This document shows, one piece after another, positions 39,195 through 49,210 of a stretch of DNA of 64,000 nt. Made by a program: the position numbers and the translations under genes. Origin of the DNA: a virus; the IMG/VR virus record IMGVR_UViG_3300032222_000151, positions 54,810 through 118,809 of that record; one strand, given 5' to 3'. Every line of letters starts with the position of its first letter. Position 1 is the stretch's first letter. A model generated the notes under the pieces. The model saw only the letters and a program-made list of their open reading frames with translations. It did no database searches and had not been told where the DNA came from.

Positions 39195-40163
39195 TTACTC
39201 TGATTGTGTTTCTGGCTTTGGATCGTTGTAACCCATAGACTCTGGATTTACTCTACCCCAGTTTGATGAGAAGTATGGAGGTGGGAAGTAAGGTCCAGCA
39301 AATCTTGGTGGGAAGAACGGACAGAATGCTGGTGGGAAGAACGGACCGAATCTTGGTGGGAAGAACGGGAATGATGGACAGAATGACGGTGGGAAGAACG
39401 GACCGAATCTTGGTGGGAAGAACGGGAATGCTGGTGGGAAGAACGGTGGGAAGAACGGAAATGCTGGTGGGAAGAACGGTGGGAAGAACGGTGGGAAGAA
39501 CGGTGGGAAGAACGGGAATGCTGGTGGGAAAAATGGAGGGAAGAATGGTGGGAAGAACGGTGAAGTTGTTGTAACTGAACCAGAACTTGCTGAATATACT
39601 CCATCTCCATTATCATTAACAGCAAGAACCTGATAGGTCTGAGACGTTCCAGCAGTTTCTGCAACATCATAAGTTGTTACATTTCCAACATTATATACTG
39701 GACCATCAGAAGACTTTAACTTATATCCAGTTATAGACTTTCCACCAGTTGCTGGGACTGACCAGACAACTCTGTCTAAGTTTGCTGATGGAGATGTTGC
39801 TGAAGTAATTGATGGTTGTGCTGGTACTGTTGTTGCTGTTACTGCTGCAGATGCTGCTGAAGCAAGAGATGTTCCTGCTGCATTTGTTGCTGTAACAGTA
39901 AATGTGTAAGAAGTTGCAGATGCAAGACCTGTAACTACAATAGGAGAAGAAGATCCTGTTGCCGTAAATCCTCCAGGAGAGGAAGTTACGGTATAGGATG
40001 TCGCTGCTGGGGAATCTGCTGGCAATGTAAACGCAACGCTGATGGCTCCGTTATTATATGCACGAGATGTTCCTACATCTGTGCCTATACCAATTGTTGG
40101 TGCCTTTGGTTCCAAGAAGTCATTAGCCTGGGCTGAATGTCTACCTACTTTTTTAATTGCCAT
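39195..40163 (-). CDS. Fibronectin type III protein with C-terminal (PPFF)n tail
   Basis: Two FN3 repeats (GLASATSYTFTVTATNAAG; YQVLAVNDNGDG), then about 100 aa of Pro/Phe repeats. Confidence 0.85.
   Translation of the reverse strand: MAIKKVGRHSAQANDFLEPKAPTIGIGTDVGTSRAYNNGAISVAFTLPADSPAATSYTVTSSPGGFTATGSSSPIVVTGLASATSYTFTVTATNAAGTSLASAASAAVTATTVPAQPSITSATSPSANLDRVVWSVPATGGKSITGYKLKSSDGPVYNVGNVTTYDVAETAGTSQTYQVLAVNDNGDGVYSASSGSVTTTSPFFPPFFPPFFPPAFPFFPPFFPPFFPPFFPPAFPFFPPFFPPAFPFFPPRFGPFFPPSFCPSFPFFPPRFGPFFPPAFCPFFPPRFAGPYFPPPYFSSNWGRVNPESMGYNDPKPETQSE
39270..39560. repeat. Tandem 12-bp GGTGGGAAGAAC-type repeats encoding PPFF units
   Basis: Directly visible imperfect tandem array. Confidence 0.9.
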
Positions 40164-40194
40164 TTTTTATTCCCCTTTTCTTATTCTATTTTTT

Positions 40195-42141
40195 TTAAGC
40201 CTTTAGGTCGCCGTAGATCAACCATGTAGCCGAAGCAACCTTAATTGCTGTTGCTGAAGAGTAGGTTGTTCTCAATGCAAGTCCTGGTGTGTACTGTAAT
40301 GTCACTCCTGAGCCCTGGACAAATGTAGCACCTGTTCCTGAAGACTGATAGAAGTCGATTGATGAACCGATTGCATACTTTGCGTTTCCAGTTGTATCAA
40401 ATGTAACTGAATATGCTCCTGAGATTGGTACAAGAGTGTCTCTTGTATTTGCATCTGTTCCAAGTGCATCCAAAGTTGTATTTGCTGCAACTGCTGTTTT
40501 AATTGGTGTAAGTGATTGAACACCCTTCTTTAACTGTGCACCATCAGTAAATACTATTCCTGATGTAGATGCTGTGATTGAACCTGTTGCAGTTAAAGCA
40601 TCTACTGTTGCTGTGCCAGTAAATGTTGGGCTATCCTTTGGAGCCCTTAGATCAAGCGCTACTTGAGTGGCACTAGATACTGGCTTATTTGCATCTGAAG
40701 TGTTGTCTACGTTTCCAAGACCTACATGAGATTTTGTAACACCTGATACAGTACCAGTAAATGTTGGGTTATTTATTGGAGCAAGAACTGATGGATCTGC
40801 GCTAAACTGATTATCAACTAGTTGCAATCCATTTCCTGCTGTATATGTTCCTGTTCCTGAGAACTGGTATACGCTAATATTGTCAGTTCCTACAACAAAT
40901 GTTGCTGGATCTGCTACAGATAGTATCCAGCCAGAACCTGCTGTTAGTCCACCCTGCACAAATATGTATGCGCCTGGAATCTCATCTGCTTCATCACAGA
41001 ATCCACAACGAGTAAGTACCCAAGGAGTTCCTGCATCTCCAAGTGTTGAAACAAAATATCTACCGTTATGCGCTTTATTAGTCTGATTCTTTACAAGAAC
41101 ACCAGAGTAAAGGGCCCATCCACTTGCATTTCCAGCACCAAGTGAGAATGCTCCATTTGATGTTGAGGTAAGTGTTGCTCCGACTCCTGCTGTTCCATTT
41201 GAATATGTTGCATTTAGGTTTGCAGTTGTTGCTGCTAATACTGATGGCTTTGCAATGATTCCTGATGCAGTATTATCTACATACTGCTTAGTTGCTGCAC
41301 CCATCGCTGCTGAAGGATCTGCATTTAATACAAGATTTCCAGTCATTGTTCCACCAGACTTTAAAAGTCTATCGTCTAGTTGTGTTTGAATAGGACCTGT
41401 AACATCTTCTAGATAGGAGATTTCTTCTGCACTAACATTTCCAATTGATGTAGTTCCTGACAAAACTACAGTACCTGTTAGATTTGCATCTGCAAGTGGA
41501 GCATATGTTGATGCTGCTGTTGTAGATGCTAACTTTAGATCAAGTGCTGCTTGAGTTGCAATTGAAATTTCCTTGTCTTCGTCTGATGTATTATCAACAT
41601 TTCCAAGACCAACCATAGACTGTGTGATTCCAGTTGTGTTACCTGAGAATGCTGCATTAGAAATTGATGGTGTTGTAATTGTTGGCTCTGTAAGTGTCTT
41701 ACCTGTAAGAGTCTGTGTAGCAGCAAGGTATACTAGGTTTGCTGTATCTGAGATACCGTGAACAGATGTTGAATCTGATGTGTGTGCAGATAGGTCTGTT
41801 GTTGTAACCAAAACTGATGTATCTGCGATACCGTGAATTCCTGTGGTATCTGCTGCGTGATTTGAAAGGTTTGTTGCAATTGTTGTGAAGAATGTTGGGT
41901 CATCTCCCATTGCTGCAGCAAGTTCATTTAGAGTATTTAGAGCATCTGGTGCTCCATCAAGGAGGTCTGAAATAGCCTGTGAGTTAGCAAAGTAGTCAAG
42001 GGATGCCCAGGCAGTTGCTCCATCACCAATCTTAAATCTATTGTTATCAGTTTCAAAACCAATTTCACCTGCTGCTAGTGTTGGGTTTGCTGATGTCCAT
42101 TGTGCTGCAGTTCCTCTGCGCTGTTGCATTCTTGTTGCCAT
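40195..42141 (-). CDS. Tail fibre-like protein with Mtd-type N-terminal domain
   Basis: MQQRRGTAAQWTSANPTLAAGEIGFETD start; APDALNTLNELAAA, VGLGNVDNTSD and AATKQYVD fibre repeats; ends WLIYGDLKA. Confidence 0.8.
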   Translation of the reverse strand: MATRMQQRRGTAAQWTSANPTLAAGEIGFETDNNRFKIGDGATAWASLDYFANSQAISDLLDGAPDALNTLNELAAAMGDDPTFFTTIATNLSNHAADTTGIHGIADTSVLVTTTDLSAHTSDSTSVHGISDTANLVYLAATQTLTGKTLTEPTITTPSISNAAFSGNTTGITQSMVGLGNVDNTSDEDKEISIATQAALDLKLASTTAASTYAPLADANLTGTVVLSGTTSIGNVSAEEISYLEDVTGPIQTQLDDRLLKSGGTMTGNLVLNADPSAAMGAATKQYVDNTASGIIAKPSVLAATTANLNATYSNGTAGVGATLTSTSNGAFSLGAGNASGWALYSGVLVKNQTNKAHNGRYFVSTLGDAGTPWVLTRCGFCDEADEIPGAYIFVQGGLTAGSGWILSVADPATFVVGTDNISVYQFSGTGTYTAGNGLQLVDNQFSADPSVLAPINNPTFTGTVSGVTKSHVGLGNVDNTSDANKPVSSATQVALDLRAPKDSPTFTGTATVDALTATGSITASTSGIVFTDGAQLKKGVQSLTPIKTAVAANTTLDALGTDANTRDTLVPISGAYSVTFDTTGNAKYAIGSSIDFYQSSGTGATFVQGSGVTLQYTPGLALRTTYSSATAIKVASATWLIYGDLKA

Positions 42142-42196
42142 TTTATATTCTCCTTATGGGTGCTGCCCATTAACTTATCTTATTATAACCCCTGTT

Positions 42197-42652
42197 TTAA
42201 TTGAAGTTATCTACTACACTACCGCCATCAAATACTACTGTCCAAACTGATGTGTCTGGTCCGCCAGCATCTAATCCTGCACCCTGTGGGGCATTAAACG
42301 TTGATCCATCATAGAACTGAGATACTATGAAACCAGTTCCATCAATTGCTGTATCATGGATGTGCTGTGGAAGATTCTGCGTATCATCAATAGTTGCTTG
42401 GGTGTACCAGGCTCCATTGTAATAGAAGTTTACTCTGTTTGTTAGAGTATCTAACCACTGCATTCCATTTGTTGGTGAAGAAGGAGCAGTTGCAGAAACG
42501 GTCATTGATCCTGTTAATGAATCTACATACTCCTTGGTTGCTGCGTGACCAGCAAGAGTTGGTGCTCCCACTGTTACTGCATTTCCGAATGTACCGCCGT
42601 TTGCTACGACTAACCCATTCTTGACCTTGAAGTCTTTATCGACTGTTGCCAT
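42197..42652 (-). CDS. Small fibre/virion protein
   Basis: KDFKVKNGL start shared with neighbour; HAATKEYVD; APSSPTNGMQWLDT. Confidence 0.7.
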   Translation of the reverse strand: MATVDKDFKVKNGLVVANGGTFGNAVTVGAPTLAGHAATKEYVDSLTGSMTVSATAPSSPTNGMQWLDTLTNRVNFYYNGAWYTQATIDDTQNLPQHIHDTAIDGTGFIVSQFYDGSTFNAPQGAGLDAGGPDTSVWTVVFDGGSVVDNFN

Positions 42653-42687
42653 TTACTACTCCTTCTTCCAACTATTTTTATTTTTTA

Positions 42688-44262
42688 TTACGCTAGTAGT
42701 GTTCCATAAACATTGACTGTTGAGTCATTGTTTGCAGTTGTTACTAGAAGTTGTACGTTTGAACCTGAGATGCCTGCTGAGATTGTAGATGCTGAACCAT
42801 TAGTTCCAACAACTCCGTACTCTGTCATTGCAATGTTATCTGAAGAATCAAGTGTTACAAGAACCTTTGAGATTTCAGTGTGTGTTCCGTATGAAACCTT
42901 TACAAGGAATTCTGCTGAACGATAGTCAGCCTTAGCCCATGCATGTCCAACCTGAATACCTGCTGTTGCTGCTGTAAGTGTTGAAGCAACCTGCTTAGCA
43001 ACTGAGTTAACCTCAACTGCTGTGAAGTTTGGAACAACTGCTTCAAGGGCATCTACTGCACGAGAATTCTGGAAGTAAAGGTTTGTTGTACCTTCTGCAA
43101 GTTGATCAGTATTAGAATCTGCTACACCGTTTTCTGCAACGATGATAAGACCTGTAGTGCTGTTACCTGTAATTGCGATATTTGTTAGTGATGCACCAAG
43201 AATAAGATCTGCTGCTGAAGACTTAGCACGAGCATCTGTGAAGTACTCGTTTGTTTCACCTTCTGCTACATCATCTGTAGTAAGTGCATCTGCGTATGCT
43301 TCTGCATCTGTAAGAGCCTGTGCTGCTGCGCCAGCAATATCATATGCTGATGAAGTTGCATCAAGTGCTCTTTGGTTTGTGAAGTATAGTCGTGAAGCAT
43401 CTTCTGCAACATCTGCAGTGTCTAAACCAGTTACAGAGATTGTATCTGAAACAATAGAGATATTATCTCCTGCTGTAAGATTATTTTGCTTCTCAGCAAC
43501 TAAACCTGAGACTGTTGTTGCGAAGTTTTCGTCATCATTAATTGCTGCAGCCAATTCGTTAAGTGTATCCAGAAGTTCTGGAGCACCGTTAACAAGTGCT
43601 GCTACTGCTGCATCAGCGTATGCTGTTGTTGCAATCTGAGTGCTGTTTGTTCCTGCTGCTGCTGTTGGGGCAGTTGGTACACCAGTAAGATCTGGTGATG
43701 CAAGTGGTGCCTTGTCATCAAGTTGAGCCTGGATACCAGATGTTACTCCGCTTACATGGTTCAACTCTGCAGTTGTTGTAGTTACTCCATCAAGAAGGTT
43801 AAGTTCTGATGTGCTTGCAGTAATTCCATCAAGAGTGTTAAGTTCTGCTGCAGATGCTGTTAGATCTGAAACATTTGCAACCTGAACTGTAATTGTGTTA
43901 TCTACGTAAGAAATTGTCTTATTTGAAAGTGACTGTGTGTTAGTTGTTCCAACTACTGCGCCAGTTGCACCGTGTGCTTCTGTAGCATTTTCGTGATCTG
44001 TAAGATCTGATGCTACTGAGCCTGCAGCGCCTGCTGCATCGTAGTAAGCATCTACTACAGCACGATCAATTGAAAGTTCTCCACCTGCTGAAACATCAAA
44101 TTCGTTTGATACGGACTTGACTAGTGTTTCTCCACCAATGAGATCAAGGATGTATTGATCTCCTGCGTTTTCTGTAAGAATTGTTTCACCGTTGATAGTA
44201 CCTTGTAGGCCTTCAACGATTAACCCATGCTTTACTTTAAAATCTTTGTTATTTGTTGCCAT
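42688..44262 (-). CDS. Fibre/virion structural protein
   Basis: Repeated EGxxNLYFT units, APELLDTLNELAAA, C-terminal YRSAEFLV..EYG domain. Confidence 0.75.
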   Translation of the reverse strand: MATNNKDFKVKHGLIVEGLQGTINGETILTENAGDQYILDLIGGETLVKSVSNEFDVSAGGELSIDRAVVDAYYDAAGAAGSVASDLTDHENATEAHGATGAVVGTTNTQSLSNKTISYVDNTITVQVANVSDLTASAAELNTLDGITASTSELNLLDGVTTTTAELNHVSGVTSGIQAQLDDKAPLASPDLTGVPTAPTAAAGTNSTQIATTAYADAAVAALVNGAPELLDTLNELAAAINDDENFATTVSGLVAEKQNNLTAGDNISIVSDTISVTGLDTADVAEDASRLYFTNQRALDATSSAYDIAGAAAQALTDAEAYADALTTDDVAEGETNEYFTDARAKSSAADLILGASLTNIAITGNSTTGLIIVAENGVADSNTDQLAEGTTNLYFQNSRAVDALEAVVPNFTAVEVNSVAKQVASTLTAATAGIQVGHAWAKADYRSAEFLVKVSYGTHTEISKVLVTLDSSDNIAMTEYGVVGTNGSASTISAGISGSNVQLLVTTANNDSTVNVYGTLLA

Positions 44263-44279
44263 TTTTATATCTCCTTAGT

Positions 44280-44726
44280 TTATGCCTTAAGTCCAATACG
44301 AGCATATCGTACTGTGACTGGCCTGATCGCAGGATCTGGAGTGACTGAAATAGCCACGGTATTTCCAGTGCGAGAGACATTAATGGTGCCAATATTCCCA
44401 TCATTGTCGATTGTTCCATACTCGCTAACAGATACATTTGTACCGTCAACAAGAATTGTCATTTCAGTTGCGTAGAACTTATTGTCACCTGCTGAAGTCT
44501 TTGATATTGAAATAATATACTTCACCATACGCCAAACTGTAGCATCAAAGTTATCAATAACAGTTACGTTCTCAATACCAGTGATTGTGTTTTCATTGTT
44601 ACCTGCTGAACCCAACTCAGTTGCCTGAGCAGAAAGGGTGTCGATTAGGTCAACATAGTTTTCTTGAGTAGGTCTATCTCCAGTTTGGAATAGACTTTTA
44701 ACTGATGGGATTGATACTTTAGCCAT
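44280..44726 (-). CDS. Virion structural protein
   Basis: FQTGDRPTQENYVDLID; C-terminal VKYII..SEYG domain related to neighbour. Confidence 0.7.
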   Translation of the reverse strand: MAKVSIPSVKSLFQTGDRPTQENYVDLIDTLSAQATELGSAGNNENTITGIENVTVIDNFDATVWRMVKYIISISKTSAGDNKFYATEMTILVDGTNVSVSEYGTIDNDGNIGTINVSRTGNTVAISVTPDPAIRPVTVRYARIGLKA

Positions 44727-44759
44727 GTGGTAATTATAACACCCCTTTTAATAATACTA

Positions 44760-44966
44760 TTAAAGAATGTAGTTACTGTATCCAATAACCTGAAGTGGGA
44801 TTGGTGGTGGATTAGTTTTAGAGTATCCAAACACACTTACATTTATAAACTGAACTCTAAATGGCAAAACCTCTTCAATTCTTGCTTTTGGTTGTATATG
44901 GTCTATGCGAATTCGTCTTAAATCAAGATCTTGAATCTGTGCGTGTGCTAATTGATGTGTTGGCAT
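44760..44966 (-). CDS. Hypothetical protein
   Basis: 68 aa, overlapping start/stop with upstream gene. Confidence 0.55.
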   Translation of the reverse strand: MPTHQLAHAQIQDLDLRRIRIDHIQPKARIEEVLPFRVQFINVSVFGYSKTNPPPIPLQVIGYSNYIL

Positions 44967-45355
44967 TACTGGGTTACATCTTCAAGGATAACCATTGACC
45001 CTCTGGCTACCGTCCAAACTCTGCCTTCTGATAGAAGTTCTGTGAGTTGTATATCGAAGATGTCTCCTGTCTCAAGAAGTTGAGATTGTGCTGATGTTAA
45101 CGAAACCGTAAAACTTCCTTCTTCATCCTGAAACTCAATTGGTTCAGGGGATAAAGACAAAACAACATCATCAGTTGATGGTCTATAAATATCCATAGCA
45201 ACTTCCCAGTCTTCAAGAAGAAGAGGAACTCTTGCATCGTTAGTTACATAAACACGAAATGCTGCTGAGTCTCCACGAACAACCGTCCAGCGAATTTCTG
45301 GAGGCGCTGCACCAAGTGCATAAGAGTCTGTGGGTTGATTTCTGAAGGTAGCCAT
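44966..45355 (-). CDS. BppU-like adaptor domain protein
   Basis: WTVVRGDS..FDIQL..WTVARG; paralog of 53815-54210. Confidence 0.6.
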   Translation of the reverse strand: MATFRNQPTDSYALGAAPPEIRWTVVRGDSAAFRVYVTNDARVPLLLEDWEVAMDIYRPSTDDVVLSLSPEPIEFQDEEGSFTVSLTSAQSQLLETGDIFDIQLTELLSEGRVWTVARGSMVILEDVTQ

Positions 45356-45367
45356 AATGTTATTATA

Positions 45368-45904
45368 TCACGACAAACCGTCTTTTAGGGCTCCCCAAGT
45401 GCCGTTTCCTTTTGCTTGAACTATTAACAAACCTTCTGTTCCAGATATTGCAACAACTGCAACATATCTTCCTGGACCAGTTGCTGGTCTATCTGCAACA
45501 AGGTCTCCATTTGAATCTACATAAACCTTTGTTCCTACAGACCCAAGTGATGATGTGTTCATTTCTAGTACTCCAGATATAACTACAACACCGTCATTAT
45601 TATTTGCTATGTTGTTTTTTACAATTCCAAGTATTGGAGTATTTGGATTATGACTTGGGCTAGATGGATTATATTTTTCTACCGTTGTTTTTCCGCTAAT
45701 GCTTCCACTGATTGAAACTGGTGTTCCAATTGATAATAGACTTCCAGTTATATTTCTTACAGGAAGAGAGAAGGCAGAAACTCCTAGCGGTGGCAAAATA
45801 TCATTTAATGCATCAACTAAAACCTTAAAATCTCCATGGACATTTACGGGATCTGAGGCTAACGGGTACTTCATTGTTGCGTAATTAGATGATGATTGAG
45901 GCAT
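45368..45904 (-). CDS. Virion structural protein (decoration/fibre-base-like)
   Basis: YPLASDPVNVHGDF; IGTPVSISG..LGIV..GVVVISGVL pattern. Confidence 0.55.
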   Translation of the reverse strand: MPQSSSNYATMKYPLASDPVNVHGDFKVLVDALNDILPPLGVSAFSLPVRNITGSLLSIGTPVSISGSISGKTTVEKYNPSSPSHNPNTPILGIVKNNIANNNDGVVVISGVLEMNTSSLGSVGTKVYVDSNGDLVADRPATGPGRYVAVVAISGTEGLLIVQAKGNGTWGALKDGLS

Positions 45905-45930
45905 AATGTTTATTATACCACCCTCTAAAG

Positions 45931-45960
45931 TTGACTTTTGACAAATTTTTGTGTTATACT
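45931..45960 (+). promoter_or_regulatory. Sigma-70-type promoter for transglycosylase gene
   Basis: TTGACT-N18-TATACT with extended TG. Confidence 0.65.
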
Positions 45961-46007
45961 AGGTAGTAACACCTACCAGGGTGTTATTGTTTTCTAAGGA
46001 GGAAACT

Positions 46008-46571
46008 ATGATTAAATTTATCGAAAGAAACAAAGAGATCATTAGCACACTCAGTATCGTAGCACTAGTAACGGTTTTGTCAAACTCTGCTAATGCTATT
46101 TCAGATCTTGATACGAAGAACAATCTTAGCCTGGAACAGGCTCAGACATCGGAAACCACCTCGAAAGAGGTTTTTTTGGTTTCTAAGGCAAAAAAGTTAG
46201 AGAGTTTTGAGAATAAGACTTCTCTGACAGACTTAGAACTAAAGCAATTGCTTTCGCTTGTTGGCTTCAAGGGCAAAGACCTTGTTGTTGCTTGGGCAGT
46301 AGCAAAGAAAGAGTCTAATGGGCGACCATTGGCATTTAATGGAAATCATAAGACTGGAGACTCATCTTATGGAATGTTCCAAATCAATATGATCGACAAC
46401 CTTGGTCCTGATCGTAGAACCAAATTTGATCTTGAGTCCAACGCAGAACTATTTAATCCCGTTAAGAATGCAGAAATTGCATACTACATGACAAATGGCG
46501 GAGAAGATTGGTCCTCTTGGAAGGGTATTACCCCAAAGACCAGAATGTGGATGAATAAGTTTCCTAAGTAA
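46008..46571 (+). CDS. Lysozyme-like lytic transglycosylase with N-terminal signal/TM segment
   Basis: AVAKKES catalytic Glu, YGMFQIN, LFNPVKNA and WSSW motifs; SD AGGAGG. Confidence 0.8.
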   Translation: MIKFIERNKEIISTLSIVALVTVLSNSANAISDLDTKNNLSLEQAQTSETTSKEVFLVSKAKKLESFENKTSLTDLELKQLLSLVGFKGKDLVVAWAVAKKESNGRPLAFNGNHKTGDSSYGMFQINMIDNLGPDRRTKFDLESNAELFNPVKNAEIAYYMTNGGEDWSSWKGITPKTRMWMNKFPK

Positions 46572-46572
46572 T

Positions 46573-47604
46573 TTAGTGCTGGGGCTGTTCTATCTGACTC
46601 TTAATCCAAAGATAGGTTTTTTCAATTCCTTCTTTTAGAGTCATAGAGTAGTCCCAGCCTAATTCTTTTCTAACCAAATCATTGTTTGAGTTTCTACCCC
46701 TTACACCAAGTGGTCCAGGTATGTGGTGCTTAGTTAGTGTCTTTCCTTCAATTCCGCAAGCAATATCTACCAACTGATTAATTGTAACCATTTCTTCTGA
46801 TCCTATATTTACTGGTCCAGTGAAGTCTGACTCCATAAGCCTTCTTGTTGCCTCTATGCATTCATCTATGTAGAGGAATGATCGAGTTTGTTCTCCATCC
46901 CCCCAGATTTCTACAGAATCATCGGCCTGTATAACTTTTCTACACATTGCAGCAGGAGCCTTTTCTTTTCCACCATCCCAAGTTCCCTCTGGTCCATAAA
47001 TATTATGATATCTGGCAATGGCTACTGGGATCTTATTGTTTCTATTAAATGCCAAGAACATTCTTTCACTAAACAGTTTTTCCCAACCGTACTCGCTGTC
47101 AGGATCTGCAGGGTATGCATCAGACTCTTTCAATCCAGGATTATTAACATCTAACTGCTTATAGTCAGGATACATGCATGCAGAACTTGAGTAGAATATC
47201 TTGGTTTTATTAATATCATATTTTTCATTAAGTCTTGATTGTGCTCTTAGAAGATTAAGGTTTATTAGAGCAGAGTTTTCCATAATCTGAGAATCGTTAT
47301 CTCCAGTAAAGATATATCCCGCACCACCCATATCTGCTGCAAACTGATAAATTTCATCAAAGGTTGTTATGGAACGATAAGGAACTTCATGATAAAAGTT
47401 TCCCTGGTATCCTTTAAACTGAATTACTTTTTCAACATTTTCATATACAGATAAATCTCTTTCAATAAACTCATCTGCTTCTGTATTTGAAAAGTCTGGA
47501 TGTTTTAAGTCAACACCTCTAACCCAATAACCTTCTGCTTTTAATCTTTTAACCATGTGGCTTCCTATAAAGCCCCCTGCTCCCAATACCAGTGCTGTTT
47601 TCAT
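46573..47604 (-). CDS. NAD-dependent epimerase, GDP-mannose 3,5-epimerase-like
   Basis: GAGGFIG, FAADMGGAG, YSSSACMYP, YGWEK, GGKEKAPAAMCRK, GVRGRNS motifs. Confidence 0.85.
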   Translation of the reverse strand: MKTALVLGAGGFIGSHMVKRLKAEGYWVRGVDLKHPDFSNTEADEFIERDLSVYENVEKVIQFKGYQGNFYHEVPYRSITTFDEIYQFAADMGGAGYIFTGDNDSQIMENSALINLNLLRAQSRLNEKYDINKTKIFYSSSACMYPDYKQLDVNNPGLKESDAYPADPDSEYGWEKLFSERMFLAFNRNNKIPVAIARYHNIYGPEGTWDGGKEKAPAAMCRKVIQADDSVEIWGDGEQTRSFLYIDECIEATRRLMESDFTGPVNIGSEEMVTINQLVDIACGIEGKTLTKHHIPGPLGVRGRNSNNDLVRKELGWDYSMTLKEGIEKTYLWIKSQIEQPQH

Positions 47605-48620
47605 ATCTTTGATTCTTCCCATTCTCTCCACCATTGCTTTGTTAAAGAATCTTTAACATTATAACCATTCCAAGAATATTTGCCAGTAACTTTGTGATCT
47701 TGTTCTCCAAAAAGTTTAAATCCAATATTTGATTTTTGGTTTATATTTCTATGAATATATCCTGTATATGTGCTTCCAGGCGTTCCAATAAAATCTTTGC
47801 TGTGATGCATTACAAGGTTATTTATTATTCCGAATGAAACTTCTTCTTTAAATGGTAGATCTCTAAACTCTTTATAAAAATTTTTTAAAATGTATCTATC
47901 GAGAAGCAATGTTTTATAATCAGATCCTGACACAACATCACTTGTTGGCTCATCTGTTGATAAAACGATTGTCCTGTTACCTTTTAATCTAGAAAGACCA
48001 TAGTTAAAAGATTCTACTGTAGTGTTTATCATAGGCCGATGGTCTGTTAATCTTAAATGTGCTCCGTTAAAATCTCCTATTGACTTTGCAATATTTTCTG
48101 ATAATTCATAATATTCTTTTTTAAATTTTACTGATGAAATGTTTGAATTTAAATCTTCTGTCCTGTTGTTAAAAAATCTACTATAGTATCCCAAAGTCTT
48201 TCTTATATCCCAATCTTTTTCTTCATCCATAGAAAATAATTCTCTTCCTTCAGAAAACTCGTGGTCTTCTTTATCGGAATGATAAAAGTTCATTAAAACT
48301 TTTACATTGTCCGTATCTGAAGAAAAAACATCTACAATGTCGTCAATAAATATATGGTTTTCTTTATTGTTCCAGTCAAGCAATTCTGTTATCTTTGGAA
48401 AAACATCTGTATCAACTTTATTTCCACGATCATTAAATCTATAGTTTGCAGAATATATAGGAACTCTTCTATTATTATAGTTTCCATTTGGCGGGTTATT
48501 TATGTTATGCCAAACCATCTGTCTTCCACTTATGGCTGCCAACCCAACACCCAGTTCTACACTAGTTATTTGATTAAATAGTCCGCATGGGTTATATAGT
48601 TGAAAGAATATTTTTTTCAT
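47601..48620 (-). CDS. GDP-fucose protein O-fucosyltransferase-like glycosyltransferase
   Basis: GLFNQ, HLRLTD, LSTDE and FIGTPGSTYT motifs. Confidence 0.75.
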   Translation of the reverse strand: MKKIFFQLYNPCGLFNQITSVELGVGLAAISGRQMVWHNINNPPNGNYNNRRVPIYSANYRFNDRGNKVDTDVFPKITELLDWNNKENHIFIDDIVDVFSSDTDNVKVLMNFYHSDKEDHEFSEGRELFSMDEEKDWDIRKTLGYYSRFFNNRTEDLNSNISSVKFKKEYYELSENIAKSIGDFNGAHLRLTDHRPMINTTVESFNYGLSRLKGNRTIVLSTDEPTSDVVSGSDYKTLLLDRYILKNFYKEFRDLPFKEEVSFGIINNLVMHHSKDFIGTPGSTYTGYIHRNINQKSNIGFKLFGEQDHKVTGKYSWNGYNVKDSLTKQWWREWEESKI

Positions 48621-48621
48621 A

Positions 48622-49209
48622 CTACATTGACATCATTTCTTGACCAACATTATCTTTTTTCCTAATTGTGTTAAATAAATAGTCTGGTCCTTGCGTAAAA
48701 TACCAATGATCTGGCTCACAGTAAAAAAAGAAAGCATTGACAACTAAATTGTGCTTTGGGTCTGTGAAATCTTCTCTCCAGTGCTCTTGATCATTTCCAT
48801 AAGAAATAACTGCATCATTTTCTTCTGGACTAAATCTTTCTCCTTCTACAAAAAAATCCCAGGGAGTTTTATGAAATACTGTAAGATTTATGTGATATGT
48901 GCATGCATTATCATCAACATGTTTCCAAAGGTTTGCTTTGTCTCCCTCGTAAATACTTAAAAGGCACCACGAAGGTAGCATTGTTTCTGAACCAAACTCT
49001 TTTTTTGCAAGTGGTAAAAGCATTTCATGAAACCTTTGCAGTGGCTTCATATGTTCTGGTATATTATTTCCCCAGACAGTCCATTGGTGTCTTCCAAATG
49101 CCTCGCTATATGTGCTCTTATCGTTTGCCCACATATGAAGTGCGTAGTTTTGTAAACTTTTTAATTCATGATCTTCTAATACATTTTTAATCATGTACGC
49201 TTGCTTCAT
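48622..49209 (-). CDS. 2OG-Fe(II) oxygenase-like protein
   Basis: LWKHVDDNAC and EHWRE triad pattern. Confidence 0.7.
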   Translation of the reverse strand: MKQAYMIKNVLEDHELKSLQNYALHMWANDKSTYSEAFGRHQWTVWGNNIPEHMKPLQRFHEMLLPLAKKEFGSETMLPSWCLLSIYEGDKANLWKHVDDNACTYHINLTVFHKTPWDFFVEGERFSPEENDAVISYGNDQEHWREDFTDPKHNLVVNAFFFYCEPDHWYFTQGPDYLFNTIRKKDNVGQEMMSM

Positions 49210-49210
49210 A

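Noticed and set aside
39270-39560. Tandem repeats as a CRISPR array, plus ORFs 39248-39670 and 39263-39574
   Set aside because: 12-bp in-frame coding repeats without unique spacers; the alternative ORFs are shadows of the repeat
39270-39560. PPFF repeats as precursors of antamanide/cyclolinopeptide-like cyclic peptides
   Set aside because: The resemblance is only compositional; no prolyl oligopeptidase or cyclase in the window, and the repeats are fused to structural domains
40195-42141. Mtd-like N-terminus suggesting a diversity-generating retroelement
   Set aside because: No reverse transcriptase and no TR/VR pair differing at adenines seen in the window
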